Shown: one piece after another, positions 9,730 to 18,771 of the stretch
Layout: each line of letters begins with the position of its first letter
Numbering within the stretch: the first letter of the stretch is position 1
DNA from: an uncultured delta proteobacterium
GTDB lineage: Bacteria > Desulfobacterota > Binatia > UBA9968
Direction of reading: 5' to 3'
NCBI GenBank assembly: GCA_963816145.1
Contig: CAWFJP010000014.1
Location: 608,001 to 672,000 of the forward strand
DNA length: 64,000 nucleotides
Made by a program: the position numbers and the translations under genes
Notes under the pieces: model-generated
What the model saw: the letters and a program-made list of their open reading frames with translations, nothing else
Told to the model about the DNA's origin: nothing
The model's database searches: none

Positions 9730-9921
9730 TTTGCTACACATCAGTATGGGGCCTTCTGATAGTGACAAAAAAAGCAAAGTTGAAGGTCTAGGGCGTCTTA
9801 CCTTGCAGTTCGGTGCCACGCGGACAATCCGACCAGAGCGTGTCTATCACTCCATGTTCTGCTGCCAGCGGTGATCAGTTCTCAGGGCAAAGACCATAAC
9901 AGATGTTTAGAAGGAGAGAGC

Positions 9922-10260
9922 ATGAGCAGTAAAATTTACGTGGGTGGTTTGCCGTACGCGACCACGGATGCACAGCTACAGGACTTGTTTTCGGCCCACG
10001 GCGCGGTGGAGTCGGCAAGGGTGATCACGGATAAGTTCACCGGACGTTCGCGCGGTTTCGGCTTCGTCGAAATGTCAAATTCCGACGAAGCGCAAAAAGC
10101 GATCCAAGCGCTTAACGGCACCGACTTCGAAGGCCGCAACCTTACGGTCAATGAAGCCCGTCCACAGGAACGTCGTTCCGGCGGCGGTTTTGGCGATCGC
10201 GGCGGCGAACGCCGTGGCGGTGGTGGCGGTGGCGGTGGTGGTGGCCGCAATCGTTGGTAG
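9922..10260 (+). CDS. RRM RNA-binding protein with Gly/Arg-rich tail
   Basis: RNP2 IYVGGL, RNP1 RGFGFVEM, LTVNEARP, poly-Gly tail; AAGGAG RBS. Confidence 0.95.
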   Translation: MSSKIYVGGLPYATTDAQLQDLFSAHGAVESARVITDKFTGRSRGFGFVEMSNSDEAQKAIQALNGTDFEGRNLTVNEARPQERRSGGGFGDRGGERRGGGGGGGGGGRNRW

Positions 10261-10286
10261 ACTTCAGTCACTATTCCCATTCAACG

Positions 10287-10324
10287 AAAAGGGGCGCTAG
10301 GTCGGGGCGCCCCTTTTGTTTTTA
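10287..10324 (+). terminator. Intrinsic terminator
   Basis: AAAAGGGGCGC / GCGCCCCTTTT stem followed by a T-rich tract. Confidence 0.85.
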
Positions 10325-10342
10325 TTAGCCCTACACCACGAA

Positions 10343-10473
10343 CAGACTGTGTCGCAACTGTCATTTCGAGGTGAAGCCGAGAAATCTCTTCTTCGTATGT
10401 GGCTGAAAACACGAGATCCCTCGCTGCGCTCGGGATGACAGATGTGGGGCATTTGCTCATTACGACACAGTCT
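10343..10473. mobile_element. MITE-like element (~130 bp) carrying an internal TGTCAT...ATGACA REP-like palindrome
   Basis: Terminal IR AGACTGTGTCGCAA / TTACGACACAGTCT (13 of 14 match); CGAA on both flanks (10339-10342 and 10474-10477); interrupts a CACGAAG-type repeat that continues to ~10557. Confidence 0.65.
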
Positions 10474-10622
10474 CGAAGTCACGAAGGGCAGCAAGTTCGG
10501 AATTTAAATGATCCGAATTCTCTGAACCCTTCGTGAACTTTGTGTCCTTCGTGGTGACATCGGTTATCCTCACCGAGCAAATCTACGACGTTAGTAATTC
10601 AACACGAGTATTGTCGAACGAC

Positions 10623-11165
10623 GTGGAAAACATTTCTCTAGAACAGTTGCCTTTGCTGGATCTCAATGGCAGGCCCGTCAATCTCGCCGAACAGTTCGAC
10701 AATTATCTCCTGCTGATTTTTCTGCGCCACCTGGCTTGACTGCCTTGCCAAGCGCACCTCGGCGAGGTGCGCCGACGGCATGCCGAGTTCGATCGCCGCG
10801 GCGTTACTATCGCTGTGATTTCCTTCGCCGACCCGGCTCGGCTGGTGCGTTATCAAGAGCATCATCAGTGGCCGTTCACGATGCTCGCCGATCCCGAGCG
10901 CCAGGCCTATCGAGCGTTTGCCTTGAAACGGTTGTCGTGGTTTCAAGTGTTTGCGCCGGCGGCTCTGAAGTTGTACTGGAAACTGTTGCGCGGTGGTATG
11001 AAGCCGGAGCATTACGAGGGCGACGATATCTACCAGTCCGGCGGCGACTTCCTGATTGATCGCAACGGAAATATCTTGTTCGCCCATCGCAGCCAAGATC
11101 CCGCCGACCGGCCAAGTGTAATAGAGTTGCTGCAAGCAATTGACTGCGTTCTGCGCAAGCCGTAG
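10623..11165 (+). CDS. Selenocysteine-containing AhpC/TSA (peroxiredoxin-like, PRXL2/SelU/SelL-related) protein, ~180 aa; TGA 10737-10739 read as Sec
   Basis: ORFs 10533-10739 and 10767-11165 share a frame. Readthrough gives LLIFLRHLA-U-LPCQAHL (U-x-x-C), followed by MLADPERQAYRAF, QSGGDFLID, AHRSQDPADRP. Confidence 0.85.
10741..10780 (+). promoter_or_regulatory. Bacterial SECIS-like hairpin
   Basis: Perfect 9-bp stem GCGCACCTC (10752-10760) / GAGGTGCGC (10764-10772) with GGC loop, starting 12 nt after the TGA; possible lower stem TGCC/GGCA. Confidence 0.7.
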
Positions 11166-11201
11166 AAGCAATAGATCGCAACGACAAATCTTGGGGGAAA
11201 T

Positions 11202-12167
11202 ATGGCCAATCCAAAACTTACTATCGCGATATCGCACTACGACCGGCATGTGCCGTTCTTCGACGGCACGGTGAAAACCGAAGGCATCGACTTGAACGTT
11301 TTGATCGTCGGTCAGTCGGACCGCCAGCGCGATGGCGAAGACCGCCATGAGCGCATGCTGCAAAAAGGTGAATTCGATGTTGCCGAGGTATCGCTGTCCT
11401 CGTACTTGATGGCCAAGAGCCGCGCCATGCCCTTCACGGCGATGCCGGTTTTCCCACGCCGTCTGTTCAGCCACTCGCAGATGTGGATCAACGTCGACGC
11501 CGGCATCAATGAGCCGAAAGACCTGATCGGCAAAAAAGTCGGCCTGCATAGTTTTCAAAATACTTTGGCGACATTGTCCAAGGGTGACTTGCAGAGCGAG
11601 TTCGACGTGCCCTGGCGCAAGATTCACTGGATGCTCAGCAAGAAAGACAACATCGAGTTCGAGCCGGAGAAGGGCGTCAAGATCGAACAGCTCGCCGAGA
11701 GCGCCAACGTCGGCGACATGCTGGAGAAGGGCGAGATCAGCGCCATGATGACGCCGCACCCGCCGAAGCCGGTCCTGCGCGGGTCGAAGAAAATCAAGCG
11801 ACTATTCGCCGACCCCAAGGCCGAAGATCTGAAGTATTACAAAAAGAACGGCTTTTTCCCGATCATGCATGTGGTCGCCTTCAGAGACGACGTCCTGAAA
11901 AAATATCCCGAAGCCGCCGCCAGTCTGTTCAAAGCCTTCGGCGAAGCCAAGAAGATTTGCCGCGAATTCTACGCCGACCCCAACTGGTCATGGCTCGCGT
12001 GGGGCAGGCAGGCGTTCGAAGAAGAAGAAAAGTTGTTAGGCGATCCCTGGCCGCTGGGTTTGGAAAACAACCGCGCGAATCTGGAAAGATTTGTCGGTTA
12101 TTCGCTCGATCAGGGGTTGATGGCGAAGAAGATGGCGGTGGAGGAGTTGTTCTTGCCGCTCAACTGA
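11202..12167 (+). CDS. 4,5-dihydroxyphthalate decarboxylase-like protein (SBP fold, no signal peptide)
   Basis: YDR...DGTVK, FDVAEVSLSSY, PVFPRRLFSHS, FPIMHVVA, DPWPLGLENNR, QGL. Confidence 0.75.
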   Translation: MANPKLTIAISHYDRHVPFFDGTVKTEGIDLNVLIVGQSDRQRDGEDRHERMLQKGEFDVAEVSLSSYLMAKSRAMPFTAMPVFPRRLFSHSQMWINVDAGINEPKDLIGKKVGLHSFQNTLATLSKGDLQSEFDVPWRKIHWMLSKKDNIEFEPEKGVKIEQLAESANVGDMLEKGEISAMMTPHPPKPVLRGSKKIKRLFADPKAEDLKYYKKNGFFPIMHVVAFRDDVLKKYPEAAASLFKAFGEAKKICREFYADPNWSWLAWGRQAFEEEEKLLGDPWPLGLENNRANLERFVGYSLDQGLMAKKMAVEELFLPLN

Positions 12168-12180
12168 ATGCTAGGGTACG

Positions 12181-12474
12181 CTAGCGACGGGCTAGACCGA
12201 AACTCGGGCGGCGCCGGTGGTGCCGGATAAGTAAGATCCGGACCGTGTCGTCGTTTACGATGCGAAACAATACCGAATATGGAAAACGCCGGACAAAGCC
12301 ACGGCGGGTGCCGTTTTCGACTACGGGGAATTGAAACGGATTGGAACGAATTCGGGCAATCGTCGCGTAGATTTCAGAGCGAAACTCGGTGCCAAGGTTG
12401 GGACGTTGTCGGTTGTAATAGGCGACAGCGCTGTTCAGATCAGATGCGGTAAGCGGGTGATAGTCGACAATCAT
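12181..12474 (-). CDS. RelE/ParE-family toxin
   Basis: YHPLTASDLNSAVAYY...LGTEF...RRFPYSVLF...HHRRRP. Confidence 0.85.
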   Translation of the reverse strand: MIVDYHPLTASDLNSAVAYYNRQRPNLGTEFRSEIYATIARIRSNPFQFPVVENGTRRGFVRRFPYSVLFRIVNDDTVRILLIRHHRRRPSFGLARR

Positions 12475-12710
12475 TCAGACGTACCACCGGTCCGCTTTAG
12501 AAACTCGGCGTGATCGATGGTTCTAACTTTTCCGGACTCCACATCGGCATTGCGCTGTGATGCTAGCTGGACGCCCTCTGGGTCAATGGCGTGGTTGCCC
12601 TCGGCGGCGGGATCGCTAACAAGACTTTCCCATGCGATTGTTGCTAGGCGCTCCCGCTCAGCGGGCGAGAGGGCTAGAATCTCTTTCTCAAGCTCGATAA
12701 TCGTACTCAT
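12471..12710 (-). CDS. Addiction-module antitoxin (TIGR02574-like)
   Basis: ILALSPAERERLA..AWESL...VESGKVRTI; 4-bp ATGA overlap with the toxin gene. Confidence 0.8.
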   Translation of the reverse strand: MSTIIELEKEILALSPAERERLATIAWESLVSDPAAEGNHAIDPEGVQLASQRNADVESGKVRTIDHAEFLKRTGGTSE

Positions 12711-12820
12711 GGGCAAAGTATAGCTCGGAGCCTGCGGGTGGCGCAATGAGACCGGAGCTCAATCGGTGCCGATCGCCCCGGTGGTTGTTTTTCTTCTGTG
12801 GCATCCTGTTTGGACTTATT

Positions 12821-13234
12821 CTAGCTCCTGGGAGCGCCTAAGCGGTCGCAACGATCCAAAAAATCTGAGATCTGAGCGACAGTAACTGACCACTCACTGA
12901 TTTCGTGGCGGTCGTCGTTCAGAACACGTCGAGGAAGAATATCCCTGAAGGCTCCGTTTACTGATAGTCTTTGCTGTACGAAACAGTTGTTTCCCTCGCG
13001 ATAAATGACCCAAGCGAATCGTGGGTCATGCTTCAATACTGCAGTGCGTTCACCGGCAATGAGTGCGCGTAGCCGTCCTTGCCAGACTGTTTCCATTTGA
13101 TCGACTGTTGCTGTCGTTGGATGACACGCAAACTGTTCCGTGAATTCCCCTATCGTAATTTGTCCCATTCGCTGTCCGTCTGGACCTAGTTGAATGGGCG
13201 GTAGGAGGTAAATAGCAAAGGCCAAAGCATTCAA
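12821..13234 (-). CDS. Hypothetical protein resembling CdiI-type immunity proteins
   Basis: Pattern GQITIGEFTEQF...W...WVIYREG...VQ...R...DD..ISEW....ISDFL, recalled from a CdiI immunity family; visibly lower GC; start uncertain. Confidence 0.5.
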   Translation of the reverse strand: MNALAFAIYLLPPIQLGPDGQRMGQITIGEFTEQFACHPTTATVDQMETVWQGRLRALIAGERTAVLKHDPRFAWVIYREGNNCFVQQRLSVNGAFRDILPRRVLNDDRHEISEWSVTVAQISDFLDRCDRLGAPRS

Positions 13235-13248
13235 AGTTTGTCCTTATA

Positions 13249-15600
13249 TCACTGGAAGATCAGTTTATTTAGCCGACAACACTGGCCACGATGTGCGACC
13301 GATGCACTGATCGCGTCGTTGTCACTGTTCGGAATCAAGAGATTTGTGTTTGCGCCATTCCGACTGAACGGGTTGTGGCCATCGAGATTGAGATCTTGGC
13401 AGGCTTGCCACCAGCCATAGACAGTGGTGACGACGTTTGGGTGTAGGGAGTCATTTAACTTGGCTTTCAGTTTCACTTTCCCGGTGGTGGTTTCCACGGT
13501 GATCCAGTCGCCGTCGGCGATACCATTAGCTTCGGCTGTGCTCGGATGAATTTCGACAAACGGCTCGGGTACGGCGCGGCGCAGGCGCGCGATGTTACGG
13601 TGTTGCTGGTCGCAGAAGTGGATGTCACGGAAGAAGGTTAGCGTGAGCGGGTATTCGGCGTTTTCTTGATTCTTCTCGAATTTCGGAATTGGCGGGTAGC
13701 CGGCGTTAGCGAAAGCTGTCGCATAGATTTCGATCTTGCCGGTTAGTGTGTTGAAGCCTCTGGGCTGACCTGTTGAGGGGTTTATCTCGGCGAATTTTCT
13801 GTGCCGAGTTTTGACCGGAGCGCGCATGCCGATCGGGTTGGCTCGCAGTTCTTCGGTCGTCAGACCGGACGGCGCGAGTTGGTGGGCGATGGCGGTTTCG
13901 ACGTTTCCATCGAAGAAATGTTCAGTCAGGTCCAAACGTTTGGCCAAGTCGAAGATGATCTCCACTTCGGAGCGCGACTCGCCGACGGGTTTGGTTACGG
14001 CGGGGCGCTGTTGTGCCCAGTTCATCGTATCCTCTGCGATCTCGGAGAAGGGCAGCAACGCTTCGCGCTCCCAACAAGTAGTCGCTGGCAGAATCAAGTC
14101 GGCGAAGTGAGCGCTGGGGTTGAGCGTGGTGTCAACGTGGATGTAGAAGTCGACGGCTTCAAGCGCGGCTTTGCCGCGCAGCGGGTCACCGTGGCCTAAG
14201 AGCGGATCAGTGCCAAACAAAACCGCGGCTTTGACGGGGTATGGTTTGCCTGTGAGGATTGCGTCGTAAACGGTGCCAGCTTGGACGAGTCCCGGATCGG
14301 CCGGCGGGCCGAGCGGATGTTGATCGAGGCCGAGGCGCTTGGTTGCTTGCTCCTTCGGTAACAGTTCTCGGCCATTAATCGGATTCGTTGGCGTCATTGC
14401 GAACAGTATATTGCTACCGCGCTCGTCGTATTGTCCGGTGAGCGCGTAGAAGATGCAGACAACGCGGTTGGTTTGCATGGCGTCGTTGTCCTGTTCGAGA
14501 CCGACCCAGGTGCAGTAGCTCGACGGTTTATCTTTCGCGAATAGCCGGACCGCTTCACGAACTTCCTCCGGCGGCACCGTGGTGATTTTTTCTGATCGCT
14601 CCGGCGCAAACTGCGAGACCTCTTCCTTAAGCACTTCGAGGGCAGGTCTGCATTCTACCGTCGAACCATCCAATAATTTTGCCGAGTAATTGCCGAAGAT
14701 TGCCGGCTTCTTCGCTTCGTTGTACGCGTGAAATCCGTCCAGCTTATCCCATACCATCCACCGGTGATGCTGTGCATTTGGGTGAAGGTCAGCTTCCGTC
14801 AACAACTGTTGGTTATCAGAGCGGACCAAGAAGGGACCGTTGGTCCAGTTACGTGCGAAATCCGCGTCGAAAAGTTTTTCTTCCAACATCACATGAATCA
14901 TCGCCATCGCAAGCTCGCCGTCTTTGCCTGGGCGAACGCGCAGCCAGCAGTCGGCTTTGGCGGCGAGCGTTGTTTTGCGCGGGTCGATGACGATGAGTTT
15001 AGCACCGCGGTTGCGCGCGCGGCTGATGCGTCCGGCTTGGGCCGGCGAGGTTGCCGGTGGATTGATGCCCCAGATGAGCATGCACTGGGTGTTGTCGAAG
15101 TCGGGGAGCGGCATGCCACTGCCGTAGGTGTATTTCGAACCGACACGGCGGTTCCAGGTGCAGATATGATTGGAAGTCAGCAGATTGGGACTGCCGAACG
15201 CATTGGCCAAGCGCTGCACCCAGCCATCGAAGTCGATGGCCGCGCTGCCGGCGGTGGTGGCGCGCGAAAACACCACCGCTTCGGCGCCGTAATTATCTTT
15301 GATGTCGGCGAGGCGCAGCGCCGCGAGACTGAGCGCTTGCTCCCAAGTGATTTCGACCCAGCCGGGATTGGCATCGCCTTTGGCGCGCGTGCGCACCAGA
15401 GGATGTTGCAGGCGATCGGGCGAGTAGACGATCTCCGGCGCGGCTGTGCCTTTGACGCAGACGCAACCGTTGGGATGGTCGGGATCGGCATTGACCTGCG
15501 TGAGCCGGCCGTCCTCGACCGTCGCGATGACGCCGCAGCGCGATGTGCACATGGCGCAGTAGGTGTGAAGTTGTTCGGTGGCGATGGTGTTACTCTCCAA
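13249..15600 (-). CDS. Mo/W-bis-PGD (DMSO reductase family) oxidoreductase, cytoplasmic, with N-terminal [4Fe-4S]
   Basis: CAMCTSRC...CVKG, SPDRL..PL, putative Cys ligand NHICTW, IDPR, ADLILPA..WE, EIHP..A...GI.DGD; no Tat signal. Confidence 0.9.
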   Translation of the reverse strand: MESNTIATEQLHTYCAMCTSRCGVIATVEDGRLTQVNADPDHPNGCVCVKGTAAPEIVYSPDRLQHPLVRTRAKGDANPGWVEITWEQALSLAALRLADIKDNYGAEAVVFSRATTAGSAAIDFDGWVQRLANAFGSPNLLTSNHICTWNRRVGSKYTYGSGMPLPDFDNTQCMLIWGINPPATSPAQAGRISRARNRGAKLIVIDPRKTTLAAKADCWLRVRPGKDGELAMAMIHVMLEEKLFDADFARNWTNGPFLVRSDNQQLLTEADLHPNAQHHRWMVWDKLDGFHAYNEAKKPAIFGNYSAKLLDGSTVECRPALEVLKEEVSQFAPERSEKITTVPPEEVREAVRLFAKDKPSSYCTWVGLEQDNDAMQTNRVVCIFYALTGQYDERGSNILFAMTPTNPINGRELLPKEQATKRLGLDQHPLGPPADPGLVQAGTVYDAILTGKPYPVKAAVLFGTDPLLGHGDPLRGKAALEAVDFYIHVDTTLNPSAHFADLILPATTCWEREALLPFSEIAEDTMNWAQQRPAVTKPVGESRSEVEIIFDLAKRLDLTEHFFDGNVETAIAHQLAPSGLTTEELRANPIGMRAPVKTRHRKFAEINPSTGQPRGFNTLTGKIEIYATAFANAGYPPIPKFEKNQENAEYPLTLTFFRDIHFCDQQHRNIARLRRAVPEPFVEIHPSTAEANGIADGDWITVETTTGKVKLKAKLNDSLHPNVVTTVYGWWQACQDLNLDGHNPFSRNGANTNLLIPNSDNDAISASVAHRGQCCRLNKLIFQ

Positions 15601-15615
15601 GAGCGAAGAGGGTTT

Positions 15616-15697
15616 TCACCACGAAGGACACGAAGAGCACGAAGTTCGGAATCTTAGTTCTTCAAAAACTTCGTGTCCTTCGTGCTCTTCGTGGTGA
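15616..15697. repeat. CACGAAG-type 9-nt tandem inverted repeat
   Basis: TCACCACGAAGGACACGAAGAGCACGAAG / CTTCGTGTCCTTCGTGCTCTTCGTGGTGA. Confidence 0.8.
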
Positions 15698-15718
15698 GAT
15701 TGATTATTCTTCCTAACG

Positions 15719-16705
15719 TTACCGGAATAACTTGCGGATCATCTCGTTTACTTCGATCTCGCGTTGGCTTAGGTCGACGTCGGTCATGAGCAATTTGTGC
15801 TGCTTGAGAATCTTGCCGTACTTGGAGTCGATGTCGTCGCGGATCGGCACGCGGCCGTATTGATTGATCACTTCCTGGCCTTCCTTGGTGAGGAGCCATT
15901 CGATGAAGAGCTTGGCGGCGAAGGGATGCGCCGGCTGCGATGGCAAGGAGGCTGCCACGGTGTAGGTGATCACCGGTTCGAGGCCGATCCAGTCTACCGG
16001 CGCGCCTTTGGTCTTCAAGTTATCGACGGAGTATTCGTAGACGCCGGCCATGATGGCGAACTCACCGGCGGCGAGCAGGTTCAACAAATTGGTATTGCCC
16101 GCCATGACGGGGCCGTTTTGCGCCGCGAGTTTTTCCATGAAGCCGCGGCCTTTGAGTTTGAGCAGCATCGAAAACCACTCGATCTTGGTATTGTCGACGG
16201 CGATGGCGTTCTTCCAGCGCGGGTTCAAGAGGTCTTCGTACGTCTTCGGCGCTTCGGCACGTTTGACCTGGCGGGTGTTGAAGCCCATCAGCGTGCCGCT
16301 GGCGTAGACCGACGTCCAATAGCCTTCCGGATCTTTGTATTGCGTCGGGTAGGAGGCCGATTCCATCGGCACGTAACGGCTGAGCGCGCCGCGTTTTTTC
16401 AATATATGGGTTTCGATGACGCTGGTATGGACGACGTCGGCCAGGCGCTGCTTGGCCTGCTCTTCGAGAAGAACGCGGGTGACCAATTTCTGCTTATCGG
16501 TGCGGAAGTATTCGGTCTTGATGTACGGGTAGCGTTTGCCGAAGGCCGCCAAATACATTTGCAGCTGCTGTGCCGCGGCCGAGGCGTAGATCACCAGTCT
16601 GCCTTCGTTCTTGGCGCCGGCGATCAGCTGGTCAAGGGTTTGCGCTTGGACAGCCGATGATGGCGGCATGAGGCAGACGATCAGGATTGCGAGCCAATGT
16701 TTCAT
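15719..16705 (-). CDS. Extracellular solute-binding protein (Fe3+/thiamine/polyamine class)
   Basis: Signal peptide, GAKNEGRLVIY, APKTYEDLLNPRWK, HPFAAKLFIEWLLTKEGQ; GGAGG RBS. Confidence 0.85.
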   Translation of the reverse strand: MKHWLAILIVCLMPPSSAVQAQTLDQLIAGAKNEGRLVIYASAAAQQLQMYLAAFGKRYPYIKTEYFRTDKQKLVTRVLLEEQAKQRLADVVHTSVIETHILKKRGALSRYVPMESASYPTQYKDPEGYWTSVYASGTLMGFNTRQVKRAEAPKTYEDLLNPRWKNAIAVDNTKIEWFSMLLKLKGRGFMEKLAAQNGPVMAGNTNLLNLLAAGEFAIMAGVYEYSVDNLKTKGAPVDWIGLEPVITYTVAASLPSQPAHPFAAKLFIEWLLTKEGQEVINQYGRVPIRDDIDSKYGKILKQHKLLMTDVDLSQREIEVNEMIRKLFR

Positions 16706-16974
16706 TGAACCTCCGATTTTCCGCACCGTAATTGAGAGCGCCCGGCAGTGTCAACACATTGGCGAATCATTGGTGGTTCGGTTTCATAGTACTCTCATGA
16801 AAGCGAGGCGAAGAGATTTCTCGCGTTGCTTTATGATGACAAACTTTAGCCGCCGTCGCCCCGAAAGAAGTTCGGGATCCGTTCGAGGCCTAGCATTACC
16901 CGAGGGTTCGGCGCGTCGACAATGGCTATTTTTTCCATTAGGATTGTCAAAAATCTCACGAGGTAGGAAACGCC

Positions 16975-18597
16975 ATGGCCACTCCTGAATTCGTATACCA
17001 AGATCCGCTGCCACTGGAGAAGGACACAACCAAGTACCGGTTGCTGACCAAGGACTATGTCTCGGTGAGCCAGTTCGAAGGCAAAGACATTCTCAAAATC
17101 GCTCCCGAAGGATTGACTTATCTTGCCAATGTGGCGATCCGCGACGTGTCGTTCTTGTTGCGAACAGCGCATTTGGAAAAAGTCGCGGCGATTCTCAAAG
17201 ATCCCAACGCTTCGCAAAACGATCGTTATGTCGCGCTGGCGATGCTGCGCAACGCCGACACGTCATCGAAGGGCATCCTGCCGTTTTGTCAGGACACCGG
17301 CACCGCCACCGTGTTCGCCAAAAAGGGCCAACAGGTGTGGACCGGGGTGAAGGACGAGGAGCATATCGCCAAGGGGATCTATAAAACTTACACTGAAGAA
17401 AATCTCCGCTACTCGCAGACCGCGCCGCTCAACATGTGGGACGAGGTCGACACCGGCACCAATCTGCCGGCGCAAATCGACCTGATGGCCACCGACGGCA
17501 TGGAGTATAATTTTTTGTTCGTTACCAAGGGGGGTGGCTCGGCGAACAAGACGATGCTTTACCAGGAAACCAAAGCGCTGCTCAATCCGGCAAGTTTAGA
17601 AAAGTTTCTCACCGAAAAGATGAAGACCTTGGGCACCGCGGGCTGTCCGCCGTACCATTTGGTTTTTGTCATCGGCGGCACCTCGGCTGAAGCCTGTCTG
17701 AAGACCGTGAAGCTCGCGTCGACCGGTTACCTTGATCATCTGCCGACCACGGGCAATGCTCACGGGCGCGCCTTTCGCGATACCGAGTTCGAAGAACGCA
17801 TGCTGCAACAAGCCTACAAGTCCGGCTACGGCGCGCAGTTTGGCGGCAAGTATTTCGCCCTTGATCTACGGGTAATTCGTTTGCCGCGCCATGGCGCCTC
17901 TTGTCCGGTGGGCATGGGGGTGTCTTGCTCCGCCGACCGCAACGTCAAAGCCAAGATAAACAAGGACGGGATTTGGCTGGAGGAGTTGGAGCGCGAACCG
18001 GGGCGGCTGATTCCCGAAGAATACCGGGGCAAGTTCGTCGCCAACGTCGTCAAGGTCGAACTCAATCGGCCGATGCCCGAAATTCTCGCGCAATTGACGA
18101 AGTATCCGGTCACGACTCAACTGTCGCTCAACGGCACGATGATCGTCGCCCGCGATATCGCGCATGCCAAGCTGAAAGAACGTTTGGACAAGGGCGAGGG
18201 GCTGCCGCAGTATTTGAAAGACCATCCCATCTATTACGCCGGGCCGGCGAAGACACCGGAAGGTATGCCTTCCGGTTCCTTCGGTCCGACCACCGCCGGA
18301 CGAATGGATTCCTATGTGGAATTATTCCAGGCCAACGGCGCGGCGCTGATCACGCTGGCCAAAGGCAACCGCAGCCAGCAGGTCACCGACGCTTGCAAAA
18401 AATACGGCGGATTTTATCTCGGCTCCATCGGCGGCCCGGCGGCGATCCTGGCCAAGGAGAACATCAAAAAAGTCGAGCTGCTGGAATATCCCGAGCTCGG
18501 CATGGAAGCGGTCTACAAGATCGAAGTGGAAGACTTTCCGGCGTTCATCTTGGTCGATGACAAGGGCAACGATTTCTTCAAGCAGATCCTGCACTAA
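16975..18597 (+). CDS. fumA: Class I (Fe-S) fumarate hydratase
   Basis: [46 protein letters not shown]. Confidence 0.95.
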   Translation: MATPEFVYQDPLPLEKDTTKYRLLTKDYVSVSQFEGKDILKIAPEGLTYLANVAIRDVSFLLRTAHLEKVAAILKDPNASQNDRYVALAMLRNADTSSKGILPFCQDTGTATVFAKKGQQVWTGVKDEEHIAKGIYKTYTEENLRYSQTAPLNMWDEVDTGTNLPAQIDLMATDGMEYNFLFVTKGGGSANKTMLYQETKALLNPASLEKFLTEKMKTLGTAGCPPYHLVFVIGGTSAEACLKTVKLASTGYLDHLPTTGNAHGRAFRDTEFEERMLQQAYKSGYGAQFGGKYFALDLRVIRLPRHGASCPVGMGVSCSADRNVKAKINKDGIWLEELEREPGRLIPEEYRGKFVANVVKVELNRPMPEILAQLTKYPVTTQLSLNGTMIVARDIAHAKLKERLDKGEGLPQYLKDHPIYYAGPAKTPEGMPSGSFGPTTAGRMDSYVELFQANGAALITLAKGNRSQQVTDACKKYGGFYLGSIGGPAAILAKENIKKVELLEYPELGMEAVYKIEVEDFPAFILVDDKGNDFFKQILH

Positions 18598-18610
18598 AAA
18601 TTCGGAAAGT

Positions 18611-18683
18611 TATCTCGCACAGGCGCAAAGACGCCAAGTTCAGAAATTATTTTTTCCTAGACTTTGCGCCTTTGCGGGAGATA
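18611..18683. repeat. CGCAAAG/CGCCAAG-type inverted repeat (possible terminator role)
   Basis: TATCTCGCACAGGCGCAAAG / CTTTGCGCCTTTGCGGGAGATA. Confidence 0.6.
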
Positions 18684-18771
18684 TTCCCGGATTGTCAACC
18701 GATGTATTTGACGGTTGACAGCCGTTGGAGTTAACTTACCGGCAAATTCAAAGACTTCGAGGAGGCTTATT

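Noticed and set aside
10180-10250. GGC/GGT triplet repeat
   Set aside because: It encodes the ordinary Gly-rich tail of the RRM protein.
11202-12167. Counting this protein as another periplasmic ABC binding protein
   Set aside because: It has no signal peptide, and its motifs fit the cytoplasmic 4,5-dihydroxyphthalate decarboxylase-like group.
12711-12860. Integron attC site around the TA and CdiI-like genes
   Set aside because: No convincing RYYYAAC...GTTRRRY pair with an internal palindrome, and no integrase in the window.
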